This document shows, piece after piece, positions 39,166 through 48,529 of a stretch of DNA of 64,000 nucleotides (positions are counted from its first letter, which is position 1; every line of letters starts with the position of its first letter). Location of the stretch: IMG/VR virus record IMGVR_UViG_3300034060_000702, positions 1 to 64,000 of that record. One strand, given 5' to 3'. This DNA comes from a virus. The translations under genes were made by a program, and so were the position numbers. The notes below the pieces were generated by a model. That model was not told the DNA's origin, did not search any database, and saw only the letters and a list, made by a program, of their open reading frames with translations.

Positions 39166-40101
39166 TTAATGAGATTTAAACATGTTGTAATAATTATGGT
39201 ATTGAGCTTTTCTATTAGTTTCCCATATAGCTCTCAACTCTCTAAAGTCTGGTGTATTAACCAAACTCATTGCATTATTTCTAGCAGCTCTATATCTTTG
39301 TTCAATCAATTGAATTTGCCCTTGATTAACAGCTTCTCCATTCATAATTAAGTTTTCCAATAGTCTTTGCTTAACAGCATACTCATAGAACTCATTTAAC
39401 AAATCATGATCAGGAACAAGTAAGTTACCTTCTTCATCCTCCAACATACCTTGATAGTTTATATACAACTTCCCAGTCTGGAATGAAGTATAGATAAAAC
39501 CATTTTTAATGTATGCAGAATTTGCAGTCTGTACTTTCTTATTAGGACAATTCATGCTAACTACATTCCCATCATCTTTAATTCGAATAGGATAAAAATT
39601 CTTATAAGTTCTAGTTTCATACTTTAACTTTTGAACTAAAACAGTTTCTTCACCCTTGCAGTTTACTTGAGTTACACATGCAGTAGCACATGTACACTTT
39701 GGTTTTTGTACCAAACACTTTCCACAAATAGTAGGAGGAGTAGAAACAACTGGAGTTACACAAATATTAATTTCATTTGGTCCTGGATTATACATCTGGC
39801 TAACAGGTACAGACTCTATGTGAGTTCCTTGAGGTATAACTTCATTTACAGTATATTCAGATATAATGTAAGCAAAGTTTAAAGCATTGAAATCATTAGG
39901 TAATTTTGTTTTACCTTTTTCAATATCCAATACATCATCTTTTGTTTTAAAGATTTTGAATCCAAGTTCATAATTACATCGCTTTGCAATTTTAATAAAC
40001 TCTTGTGGATTAATCAGATCTTCTAAAGCGAAGTTTCTAAACTCATATATGACTTCAGAAAGTAACTGATCATATGTTCTATAATTTACTTTACTTGCCA
40101 T
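39166..40101 (-). CDS. Tail ring / tubular protein
   Basis: GKTKLPNDF and YIKNGFIYTSFQTGKLYINY...DEEGNLLVPD motifs; directly upstream of the muzzle gene. Confidence 0.7.
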   Translation of the reverse strand: MASKVNYRTYDQLLSEVIYEFRNFALEDLINPQEFIKIAKRCNYELGFKIFKTKDDVLDIEKGKTKLPNDFNALNFAYIISEYTVNEVIPQGTHIESVPVSQMYNPGPNEINICVTPVVSTPPTICGKCLVQKPKCTCATACVTQVNCKGEETVLVQKLKYETRTYKNFYPIRIKDDGNVVSMNCPNKKVQTANSAYIKNGFIYTSFQTGKLYINYQGMLEDEEGNLLVPDHDLLNEFYEYAVKQRLLENLIMNGEAVNQGQIQLIEQRYRAARNNAMSLVNTPDFRELRAIWETNRKAQYHNYYNMFKSH

Positions 40102-40102
40102 C

Positions 40103-40780
40103 TTATCTTAAAATATGTTGTGAATCATCATTTACATCACTTGGTATTTTACCAAGAGTCATCATTTCTTGTTGAACCATTTGTTCTATTTCAGCAAACA
40201 AATGAACAGGAACATTGAATGTTGTGTTTTGTTTAATCTCACAACTAGTGTCTTCTCCATCTTCTTTACAGTAACCTTCAGTTGAATCTTCAAACATTCC
40301 TTCTATAGATACAGACTCCCATCTTATATCTGGAAAGTATAAGTATCCATTTTTATACCAATAGTATTTGTTTTTATTATATTTGAAATGTGTAGAGTTA
40401 GTCATTGCTTGATAAAGAGTTGCTTTAGTTTGAGTAAAAGCTTGTCTACCATCAATAGATGTAATGTTTCGAAAGATAGGACCAATAGATCCACTGAATA
40501 CTTTAGGAAGCTTCTTGTAAGTTCTCATGATTTTACAACCCGTTTTTATACCAGCACAATCAGCTTCGATTCTATCAACCTCAACCAACTCAACATAAGG
40601 CAAGACTTCAAACAAACTGTCATAGTTCATGAGTTTGTTTTCATTATCTTGTCTTCTCATTATAGCATAAGCATACTTATTTATAATGGAATAGATAGTT
40701 CTATCAGTTAGAAAAGCATCTTCAGAAACTGCTTTTAAAATATTTCTTATTCTTGAAATCGATTCTCCAATTGTCATCAT
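40103..40780 (-). CDS. Tail ring protein
   Basis: 225 aa; RTYKKLPK, YYWYKNGYLY, GMFED and a C-terminal DVNDD; sits between the IHF-like and tubular genes. Confidence 0.6.
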   Translation of the reverse strand: MMTIGESISRIRNILKAVSEDAFLTDRTIYSIINKYAYAIMRRQDNENKLMNYDSLFEVLPYVELVEVDRIEADCAGIKTGCKIMRTYKKLPKVFSGSIGPIFRNITSIDGRQAFTQTKATLYQAMTNSTHFKYNKNKYYWYKNGYLYFPDIRWESVSIEGMFEDSTEGYCKEDGEDTSCEIKQNTTFNVPVHLFAEIEQMVQQEMMTLGKIPSDVNDDSQHILR

Positions 40781-41268
40781 ACTTCTTCAATTTGTTGTTT
40801 ATAATTTAACTGCACACATCTAGCCCAGTGTTTTTTAAAGTAAGAACTTGCTGTCTTCCTAAAGCTTCCTGTTGCCGAAAATGAAAACAGTCTTGAATAC
40901 TTTACAAAGTTCTTAATGTTGTTATAGTAAACTATGCGCATCAAGTTGTTATCAGTATCCCAATTTTTAAAGTAAACAGTTCTACCTTCTTTTATTGAAG
41001 AGTTAAAATCTACACTTTTCTTATTTGATTTACCTGCATTATTAATAACTATCTGTCCAATGTTTTCTGGTAATACTACACCATAGATATTCTTTGTAGT
41101 TTCTTCGCAAATATTATCATTAAACTTTTTTATAATCTTTATGAAATCGCTTTGTAAAATAACACCATGTTCAGAGTACTTTCGATTGAATAAGCTAATA
41201 TCTTTTCTTGTTACTACTTTTCCTTTGAATTCTCTTACTCTTGGCTTAGTTAAATTTGGCTCTTGCAT
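40777..41268 (-). CDS. IHF/HU-like small basic protein (crAss-type)
   Basis: 163 aa, basic; VVLPENIGQIVI...SVDF...VYFKN pattern; conserved position upstream of the ring genes in crAss-like phages. Confidence 0.55.
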   Translation of the reverse strand: MQEPNLTKPRVREFKGKVVTRKDISLFNRKYSEHGVILQSDFIKIIKKFNDNICEETTKNIYGVVLPENIGQIVINNAGKSNKKSVDFNSSIKEGRTVYFKNWDTDNNLMRIVYYNNIKNFVKYSRLFSFSATGSFRKTASSYFKKHWARCVQLNYKQQIEEV

Positions 41269-41270
41269 AA

Positions 41271-41282
41271 ATATATAATATA
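41271..41282 (-). promoter_or_regulatory. Putative late promoter element TATATTATATAT
   Basis: The exact 12-mer also occurs at 51323-51334 and 60313-60324; here it ends 2 nt before the ATG and lies downstream of a terminator. Confidence 0.5.
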
Positions 41283-41315
41283 GTAATTTATTATCAAAAA
41301 TACAAATTATATATT

Positions 41316-41344
41316 AAAAACAAACCCCGGATCTCTCCAGGGTT
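41316..41344 (-). terminator. Rho-independent terminator
   Basis: AACCCTGGA-GAGA-TCCGGGGTT-TGTTTTT, after the tail-collar gene. Confidence 0.75.
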
Positions 41345-41387
41345 CATTCTAGTCAGCCACATTAAACCAACCTCTCTGTGACATACT
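41316..41387 (-). ncRNA. Candidate 3'-UTR-derived small RNA antisense to two head-gene leaders
   Basis: The transcript contains GTTGGTTTAA-TGTGG-CTGACTAG, complementary to the leaders at 57009-57034 and 60293-60313, and ends in a terminator. Confidence 0.4.
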
Positions 41388-42554
41388 TTAGAATTTTATT
41401 AAGTATCTCATTGACACACCTTTTTGTCTATTATCAGTAGATACAGTAGCTGTACCTGCTGCAGTTACAACAGTAATTTGTGGTTGTCCAACAACTACAG
41501 GACTAATATTATTATTACCTACAAGAAGACCGGTATTAGTAGTATCGCAACCATAGGGTATTGCATCAATTAAATTTGGAACTGCAAAAGCTAAAACATT
41601 TACTGCTGTATCATATATGTTACCTATTACTGCAAATAGTTTTGGATAAGAAGCTTTTAATTTATAAGAACCATCACATAACAACCAACCTTCTGGAAGT
41701 ACACCATTAGGGAAACCAGCCCAAGAAATAACTGTACCAACAGGTACTAATCCTACACCTGCGCCAACTTCTTCACCAGGAGTCGGAATGTTTGCAGGTA
41801 ATGCATCTAAACCAGCAAGAACATAAGACACTACCACTTCATCAGTTGCAGTTACTTGAGAACCATTACCAGCTAAAGGAGAAACTGTAAATATAAAATA
41901 AGTTGGAAACTCAACATAATATGTAACCAATGCTGCTACAAACTTACTAGGATCATTGCTATTTGAAATTTGCAATATAGTTCTAAGTTTAATAGCGGCT
42001 AACCATCCACCAGCTGTTCCTGAAGGAGCAGTAACATTTGTTCCATAACCAAGCAAACAAGTCTTACTTATGATTATTGTACTAGTTAATAAAAATGTAG
42101 CATCAAGACTTACTGTACCTTGTACAGTACCAGCACCTCTTTTGTATATTAAACTGTTTGCTCCAGGATTTCCTTGTAAACCATTAGTACCTGGAATACC
42201 AGAAGGTCCTGCCATACCTTGTGGTCCTGCAGGTAATCCAATATTCATATTGTAATTTGGGGATGTTCCTGTTATTGTAACAGTACCTGAAGAACCAGGA
42301 GCAAGTGTTGTTACACCACCAATAGCAAGATTAGGTGCAGGTCCAGTAGCTCCCATAGGACCTGTTAATCCTGGATTACCTTTTGGTCCAGCAATACCTG
42401 TAGGACCAACTGCTCCTGTAGGTCCAGGTAATCCGCTTGCACTTCCTGATGGTCCAGCGGGTCCAGCTGGTCCTTGAAATCCACGTGGTCCTCTTGCAAC
42501 AGCTGGAGCTGCGCAAGAACCACCACATGAACTTTGATTACATTTTACACACAT
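41388..42554 (-). CDS. Collagen-repeat tail fibre protein with a phage tail-collar domain
   Basis: GXY repeats; C-terminal VPVGTVISWAG...PEGWLLCDGS...YPKLFAVIG...FAVPNL collar motif; Cys-rich N-terminus. Confidence 0.85.
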   Translation of the reverse strand: MCVKCNQSSCGGSCAAPAVARGPRGFQGPAGPAGPSGSASGLPGPTGAVGPTGIAGPKGNPGLTGPMGATGPAPNLAIGGVTTLAPGSSGTVTITGTSPNYNMNIGLPAGPQGMAGPSGIPGTNGLQGNPGANSLIYKRGAGTVQGTVSLDATFLLTSTIIISKTCLLGYGTNVTAPSGTAGGWLAAIKLRTILQISNSNDPSKFVAALVTYYVEFPTYFIFTVSPLAGNGSQVTATDEVVVSYVLAGLDALPANIPTPGEEVGAGVGLVPVGTVISWAGFPNGVLPEGWLLCDGSYKLKASYPKLFAVIGNIYDTAVNVLAFAVPNLIDAIPYGCDTTNTGLLVGNNNISPVVVGQPQITVVTAAGTATVSTDNRQKGVSMRYLIKF

Positions 42555-42564
42555 AATAAATTAT

Positions 42565-45500
42565 TTAAGGACAAGTTAAATTTATACTCAAAGCATTCAA
42601 TGCTTGAACAACTTTATTTTTATAAAAAATTGCAGTTTGTGCGGCAGGTACTTCTGTATCTAAATTAAAAATACCTTGAGAATTTTCTAAAGATAAATTT
42701 GAATTTGCTGTATAAACACCAGTACTTCCAAATGTTGCTAAAGCTAAATCTCTAAAGTCATCAAAAGGAAAACCTAAAACTGTAGTTTTTATTTGAAATA
42801 AAGTTCCTTTAATTTGATAATCTTGAGCAGAAGCAGTAATTAAATTATTTTTAGTTTGAACAATATCTGCAGAATAATCTGGTGCTATTGCATTATTATT
42901 AAAAGGAGGTGCTTGAACTGCAGGTGAACCTGTAGCACCAGGTGCATTATATGGAGTTGACTCATCTTGGAAAACTAAATTTATAACTAAACCTGGTTCT
43001 AAATCTGGGTTTCTTCCATAGTTTCTAAGAGTTCCTAAACACTTAATAAATCTTTCATAATAAGGTTCACCTGTTAAACCACCCATGTCAAAGAATTTTA
43101 CTTTTTCATCATATAACACAGGATCATTATCATAAATTTGAAGCAAACAAAGTTTTAAAGTACTGGTTCTCATTTCATTTAACGCTGTTTCAGAACTACT
43201 CATAGAACCAGAGTTATCAAACCAAATATTTATTTCAGTAGACCTATTTATTTGCGGAGCCTCTACAGTATTGCAATCAGCACATGGTTCTTTAAGAACA
43301 CACACTGGAGAACCATCACAAAAACTTACTTGAGAACCATCTGGACAAGTTAATTGATTTACACCATCCTGAATTGGAATTGCTTTTCCTTTCATACTTT
43401 CAGTACTAAAAATTATGAAAGGTGCTAACTTAGCTGCATCATCAGTAGTATGATCAGGAGCAGATGGTATTGTAGTTCCAGGTGCATAAATAAATTCTTC
43501 TAAAAATTTAGTTTCTGCATCTATTGTAGGATCATTTGCTATGTTCATATCATATATTTCAAAACCTAATGAAACAGCAGCTCCAGTATTAAGACCTATC
43601 ATTTTTATTATATGATCTCCAGCCGGTAATACAAAAGGTATTATACTCCAAACATTAAAATTAAATGTATAATTTGCTTCAAATAATGCATGAAATGGAC
43701 CAGTTCCATCAAGTTGTATATAAGCTCTTGAATTATTATCTCCTGAAAAACCAATATGATAAACTTTTTGAATACCAATAGTTAAACATTTTGTAAATTC
43801 CATATTAAAATCAGAATTTTCAAGGTCGCCTATTTGATTTGGATTACCTACAGTAGGCAGAATTAATGCAGTTGGACCACTCCATTTTGTAGGTTCTAAA
43901 TCAGGTCTTATATTATAAGGAGCATTTGTAGCTGCAGGAATACTTTGAGTAGCTGTATATTTAATATAAGAGTCTGTTATAATATCATAAACTAAAACTT
44001 TTGTTCCATTGGAATAATTTTTTTTCTTATTCCAAACTTTATAAGCCCATCTAGCAATACCTACTGTATTTAATCTATTATACCATACATTACCGGGAGT
44101 TGCAAAATTAACAGTAGATGTTGTTTGCCATGCTGTAATATATGTATTCCAAGTATTAAGTAAAAGATTTAGATTTGTTCCAACAGTTGTAGCAGGTGTA
44201 CCTGTTACAACTCTAAATTGATAATTATTATCAAGAGGCTGCTGATAAAAAAATGTATTTATAGCAAAACTTTGAGTTGGATATAAACGCATTCCAGTAC
44301 CTCCATATGTACCAGGTAAATTACAACCTGGAGATACCACAGTCATTTGTCCATCAAATTCAGGAGCTACACTGCGAAAACATTTTTGTAAAGGAATGTT
44401 CGGAGTATATCCTGGAGAACAACAACAACTAGGTTCTTCAATTATTAAATCTGAACATTCCACTACAGTAATTTTTTCACAAGTTGGAAAGCCATTAATA
44501 CTTGTAAATGTGTAACCTGCTGGACAATCAAATGAAGCTGACACAGTTTCATTTGGTTCATAAACTGGATACTGTAATGGAGGAGTTGCAATAAACCTTT
44601 TAGTTGACCAAATTATATAATTATTTAAACCTGGCACACCTTCTTTGGTTAATAAGGAACCCGTATCAGCTTTACCAAATTTTTGTTTAAAACTTTCAAT
44701 AGATATATCATAAATTTCTGCACCAAACATATCATCGGTTGCACCACCTGCATATCCCCAAAACCAAAGTTGATGATTTCCTGCAGGTAATGCAATAGAA
44801 AAAGTATGCCAATAATCACACTGACCAGTGTTGTTTTGATTTATTTCAAACATAGTGGTAGCCTGTTGTTGTATTTGATCATAATAATCTAACCTGCATC
44901 CATGTTTTCCAGCCATTCCAATAATAAATGTTTTAGCTGTAGTGCAAAGCAAAGTAGTTTTAAATAATGTATCCATTGTTCTACCTTGAGGCCAAAGACC
45001 TACAGAATTAAGCCTGTTATAAAAAGCAAATGTAGGATTCCCACCCCAAACTTTATTTTTTATTCCTTTGTATCCAGCATAATACATTAAACTATTATTA
45101 GGAGAATTTCCATAATCTGTAATATTGCTTTCAAGATTAGCAGTATTTACACTTAACCCTTGACCTGGAATAAGCATTGAAGTATAAAAAGATTCTGTAT
45201 CCCAAAAGATTAATCCTTTTTGTCCTAAATCAATATTTATAGGAGCTTGTGCTAAATCTTCATTTTGACATTCACCTTCACAAATAGTATTTTGATAACT
45301 TCTTTTAGTACATCTTTGTAAAGTTAAATCATAAAAATAACCAGCAGCTTCATCACAATAGCAAACACATTTAATTGGTTTCCATGTTGGAAAGTTTGGA
45401 CTATTTGAAGGTACACCGTTATAAGTTCCATCATGATAATACAAATCTCTATTGTAAGGATCTAATAAGATCCATTTATTTGCTGGTTTTCCAGAAAGGT

Positions 45501-45582
45501 CTATTGCATTATCTCTATAATAGATGTGATGCCAACAAGGATCAATCCAATTATGTCCATCATAAACTTTGTAATCACTCAT
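42565..45582 (-). CDS. Cys-rich adhesin / receptor-binding-like virion protein with a duplicated beta-sandwich and a C-terminal vWA-like domain
   Basis: Two copies of NRLN.VG...LPAG.H...EIYD...IIxST; CPAGY/CSPGY linkers; MIDAS-like FDNSGS at 43204-43218. Confidence 0.6.
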   Translation of the reverse strand: MSDYKVYDGHNWIDPCWHHIYYRDNAIDLSGKPANKWILLDPYNRDLYYHDGTYNGVPSNSPNFPTWKPIKCVCYCDEAAGYFYDLTLQRCTKRSYQNTICEGECQNEDLAQAPINIDLGQKGLIFWDTESFYTSMLIPGQGLSVNTANLESNITDYGNSPNNSLMYYAGYKGIKNKVWGGNPTFAFYNRLNSVGLWPQGRTMDTLFKTTLLCTTAKTFIIGMAGKHGCRLDYYDQIQQQATTMFEINQNNTGQCDYWHTFSIALPAGNHQLWFWGYAGGATDDMFGAEIYDISIESFKQKFGKADTGSLLTKEGVPGLNNYIIWSTKRFIATPPLQYPVYEPNETVSASFDCPAGYTFTSINGFPTCEKITVVECSDLIIEEPSCCCSPGYTPNIPLQKCFRSVAPEFDGQMTVVSPGCNLPGTYGGTGMRLYPTQSFAINTFFYQQPLDNNYQFRVVTGTPATTVGTNLNLLLNTWNTYITAWQTTSTVNFATPGNVWYNRLNTVGIARWAYKVWNKKKNYSNGTKVLVYDIITDSYIKYTATQSIPAATNAPYNIRPDLEPTKWSGPTALILPTVGNPNQIGDLENSDFNMEFTKCLTIGIQKVYHIGFSGDNNSRAYIQLDGTGPFHALFEANYTFNFNVWSIIPFVLPAGDHIIKMIGLNTGAAVSLGFEIYDMNIANDPTIDAETKFLEEFIYAPGTTIPSAPDHTTDDAAKLAPFIIFSTESMKGKAIPIQDGVNQLTCPDGSQVSFCDGSPVCVLKEPCADCNTVEAPQINRSTEINIWFDNSGSMSSSETALNEMRTSTLKLCLLQIYDNDPVLYDEKVKFFDMGGLTGEPYYERFIKCLGTLRNYGRNPDLEPGLVINLVFQDESTPYNAPGATGSPAVQAPPFNNNAIAPDYSADIVQTKNNLITASAQDYQIKGTLFQIKTTVLGFPFDDFRDLALATFGSTGVYTANSNLSLENSQGIFNLDTEVPAAQTAIFYKNKVVQALNALSINLTCP

Positions 45583-45587
45583 AAAAA

Positions 45588-46253
45588 TTAATCTTTAATC
45601 CAAATATCACCAGCTCTTAATCTATTTGCATTATATGAACCCGGAGGATTTAGAATAGTTGTGTCTACAAAGTTAACAGTAAATCCTGGAACACCAGCAT
45701 AAGTAGCTTGATAAACTGGCTCGGTTGGTTCACCATTTGCACCACCAGCAACAAATTGACTTGTTACTCCACCTACAAATACTGCAACCCCTCTACCATC
45801 TAAACCATTACAACCATTGCTAATATTAGCAGATGATATTTTACCATCAGTAAGTCCATTACGATGGGTAACAATTATACCACCACATTTAAAACTAAGA
45901 TCATTTGGAGTTGGTAATGTAACATCAACATAATCACCAGGATTACCCGCATCACCTGCAGGACCTTTTTCACCAGGTTCTCCTTTTGGTCCATTTAAAC
46001 CATCAACACCATTGATACCATTTGCTCCATCAGCACCGGCTGGACCTTGTACTCCAGGAGGTCCTAATGGTCCAGTTATAGCAAGTCCTTGTGGTCCAGG
46101 TGAACCAGTTAATCCAGAGTTACCAGGAGGTCCTTGAGGGCCTGTTTCACCCATATCTCCTTTATCTCCTTGAATACCTTTCTCTCCTTGATAACCTCTT
46201 GGACCTCTTATTCCTTTAGGAAGCTCTTCGCATGAATCTTTGCAATCACTCAT
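45588..46253 (-). CDS. Collagen triple-helix repeat protein (fibre component)
   Basis: About 30 GXY triplets after an N-terminal CxxxC; C-terminal GDIWI. Confidence 0.8.
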   Translation of the reverse strand: MSDCKDSCEELPKGIRGPRGYQGEKGIQGDKGDMGETGPQGPPGNSGLTGSPGPQGLAITGPLGPPGVQGPAGADGANGINGVDGLNGPKGEPGEKGPAGDAGNPGDYVDVTLPTPNDLSFKCGGIIVTHRNGLTDGKISSANISNGCNGLDGRGVAVFVGGVTSQFVAGGANGEPTEPVYQATYAGVPGFTVNFVDTTILNPPGSYNANRLRAGDIWIKD

Positions 46254-46273
46254 AGCATTAGTTTTTTATAAAG

Positions 46274-46867
46274 TTAATAACCAATTTTAATATTTGGTCT
46301 ACGGGTATGTATATCTGCAACTGTATTTGGTAACAATGGATCATCCATATCTCCAGAATAAATTCCTTTATTTGGTTGAGTTGATCCATCTGAACCACCC
46401 GCTGTTGAACTCCAATCATTAGCATTGTTTTCCCAAATCAATATTAAATTTGAAGTTCCATTGTAAACAAAGTTTATATCAAAATTAATTATCCACCATA
46501 GATTATTTGCATATGTACTATATGCAAAATTACTTTTAACATTAGTTAAATCAGTTATAGTCAAGTCTTGTAAACCAATTAAAGGAGTGCTGCCAAAAGA
46601 AGATTGTGCAACATGTCCAATTTTTAATGTTTGATTTGGTAAACTTGTAATTGAACCATAACTTCTATTATAAAATGCAACAAAATTAATAGTTTTAGCA
46701 GCACCCATTTCTGCAGCAGTCCATATAAAAGCAGTTCTTGAGTATCTGTAATTATAATTATTTGGAGCATAATATATTAGCGAAGTACCTGTACCAATTT
46801 GTAAAATTTGTCCTGTAACTGGAGGATCTGTACTTCTATGTCTTAATATTCCTAATTGTGTAATCAT
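46274..46867 (-). CDS. Beta-sandwich protein resembling Bacteroidota surface-protein domains (possible fibre tip or accessory)
   Basis: YSRTAFIWTAAEMG...FVYNGTSNLILIWEN...RPNIKI pattern. Confidence 0.55.
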   Translation of the reverse strand: MITQLGILRHRSTDPPVTGQILQIGTGTSLIYYAPNNYNYRYSRTAFIWTAAEMGAAKTINFVAFYNRSYGSITSLPNQTLKIGHVAQSSFGSTPLIGLQDLTITDLTNVKSNFAYSTYANNLWWIINFDINFVYNGTSNLILIWENNANDWSSTAGGSDGSTQPNKGIYSGDMDDPLLPNTVADIHTRRPNIKIGY

Positions 46868-46869
46868 AA

Positions 46870-48519
46870 CTATACTTTTAAATCACCACCTACCATAAAG
46901 GCATTTGTACCAAGTCTTACTACAGTGCAAAATGAATATTGAGCTCTTAATCTTCTTTCATTATTAGTAGATAAAATACTAAATTGTGTTCCAAGTACTG
47001 AAGGATTTCCAGTAATTGTTACTTCTCCTATACCTTGTCTTACAACAATCAATGACTGACCTTCTTTAAGTATTTGAGCATCAGCATAAGCTGCAGCTAA
47101 ATTGAGTGTAACATCTGAAGATGAATTTACATAAATTATTCTATTTCTATAACTCGAATTTATAAATGTAGATGTATTAACAGTAATACTTTCTGTAATA
47201 CCAATTGGTTGCCAACTATAACTATATGCATCTGCAAAATAGTTATAATAATTTGCTGCCCAAAAATATACAGCATCTTTATCGGTATCATAAACTTGAT
47301 AACCTACATCAGTATAAGCTAAAGTTAATGCATTTCTTTGTAGAGTAGTTAATCTTGGCATTTCCCAAGGATTACTTAATTGTGCTCCTGGTAAAGGCCA
47401 TACCCCAGAAGCTTTAGGACCATATAAAATATATGTAGCTGTATCTAAGTAAAAATCTCCATTAGCTCCAAAAACATCATTTGGAGTTTCTCCAACAGGT
47501 AAAGCAGCACTTAGTATAGTTTTACCATTAGTACCATTTGTACCAGCAGTACCTGGTGCTCCATTTGCACCATCCATACCATTAAATCCTGGGAATCCTT
47601 GAGATCCAGTTGCTCCAGTTATACCTTGGATTCCTTGAGGACCAGTAGCACCAGTTGGACCAGCAGGTCCAGTCAATCCAATAGGACCTTGAATACCAGT
47701 TGCACCAGTTGCTCCTGTAGCACCAGTGTTTCCTGTTAATCCTGTTGGACCAGTAGCACCTTGAGATCCCGCAGGACCAGTAGCACCTTGAGCACCTGGT
47801 AAACCTTGTGCACCAGTAGCTCCTGTTGCTCCACCTGTACTTAATAAAGCCCATTGTGTACCATTGTTTGTTGGAACAACTCCAGTTACAGGACCATTGT
47901 AAACCCAATAAGAAGCTCCGTTATATAAAGCAGTATCATTAGTTACATATGTTGTACCAGCATTATAGACACCTTTCCATGTTAAACCTCCAGGAGAAAC
48001 TCCAGGATTACCTTGAATACCTGTAGCACCAGTTGACCCTATTGGTCCTTGTAAACCTGTAGCACCTGTTAATCCAATTGGTCCAGTAAGTCCAGTATTT
48101 CCAGTAGGACCTGTTGGTCCAGTAGGTCCGGCAGGACCAACAGGTCCAGTTGCTCCAGCAGGCCCAGTAAGTCCAGTTGGTCCAGCAGAACCTGCGGTTC
48201 CAGTTGCACCTTTTATTGAAGTTCCGGATCCCCAAGCAGTTCCAACTTTTGGTCCATAAATAATATTTGCAGCAGTATCAATATAAAAGTCACCAGCAAC
48301 ACCAATAAAACCAGCTGGAGCTATAGTTCCGTTTAATATTGTATTACCATCTGCTCCTGCAGAACCTACTGTAAATATTTCTTCATATCCAGTAGTTAAA
48401 TACACATAGTATTTACTTTCGAAATAATAAATTACTTCCGGGGATCCTACAGCAGGAACTCCATCGGTATAAGATAATAGTTGTAAACTTTTAGTTTCAG
48501 TTAAAGTTGGTGTAGACAT
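46870..48519 (-). CDS. Collagen-repeat tail fibre with a CBM5/12-like insert
   Basis: Two long GXY tracts; duplicated TIL...GDFY.DT...YGPK module; [15 protein letters not shown]...YNGASY insert; [12 protein letters not shown] motif. Confidence 0.8.
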   Translation of the reverse strand: MSTPTLTETKSLQLLSYTDGVPAVGSPEVIYYFESKYYVYLTTGYEEIFTVGSAGADGNTILNGTIAPAGFIGVAGDFYIDTAANIIYGPKVGTAWGSGTSIKGATGTAGSAGPTGLTGPAGATGPVGPAGPTGPTGPTGNTGLTGPIGLTGATGLQGPIGSTGATGIQGNPGVSPGGLTWKGVYNAGTTYVTNDTALYNGASYWVYNGPVTGVVPTNNGTQWALLSTGGATGATGAQGLPGAQGATGPAGSQGATGPTGLTGNTGATGATGATGIQGPIGLTGPAGPTGATGPQGIQGITGATGSQGFPGFNGMDGANGAPGTAGTNGTNGKTILSAALPVGETPNDVFGANGDFYLDTATYILYGPKASGVWPLPGAQLSNPWEMPRLTTLQRNALTLAYTDVGYQVYDTDKDAVYFWAANYYNYFADAYSYSWQPIGITESITVNTSTFINSSYRNRIIYVNSSSDVTLNLAAAYADAQILKEGQSLIVVRQGIGEVTITGNPSVLGTQFSILSTNNERRLRAQYSFCTVVRLGTNAFMVGGDLKV

Positions 48520-48529
48520 AATTATATTT

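Noticed and set aside
47582-48235. W/C/Y/R-periodic ORFs (108 aa and 75 aa)
   Set aside because: These are alternate-frame readings of the collagen GGN-NNN-NNN repeats.
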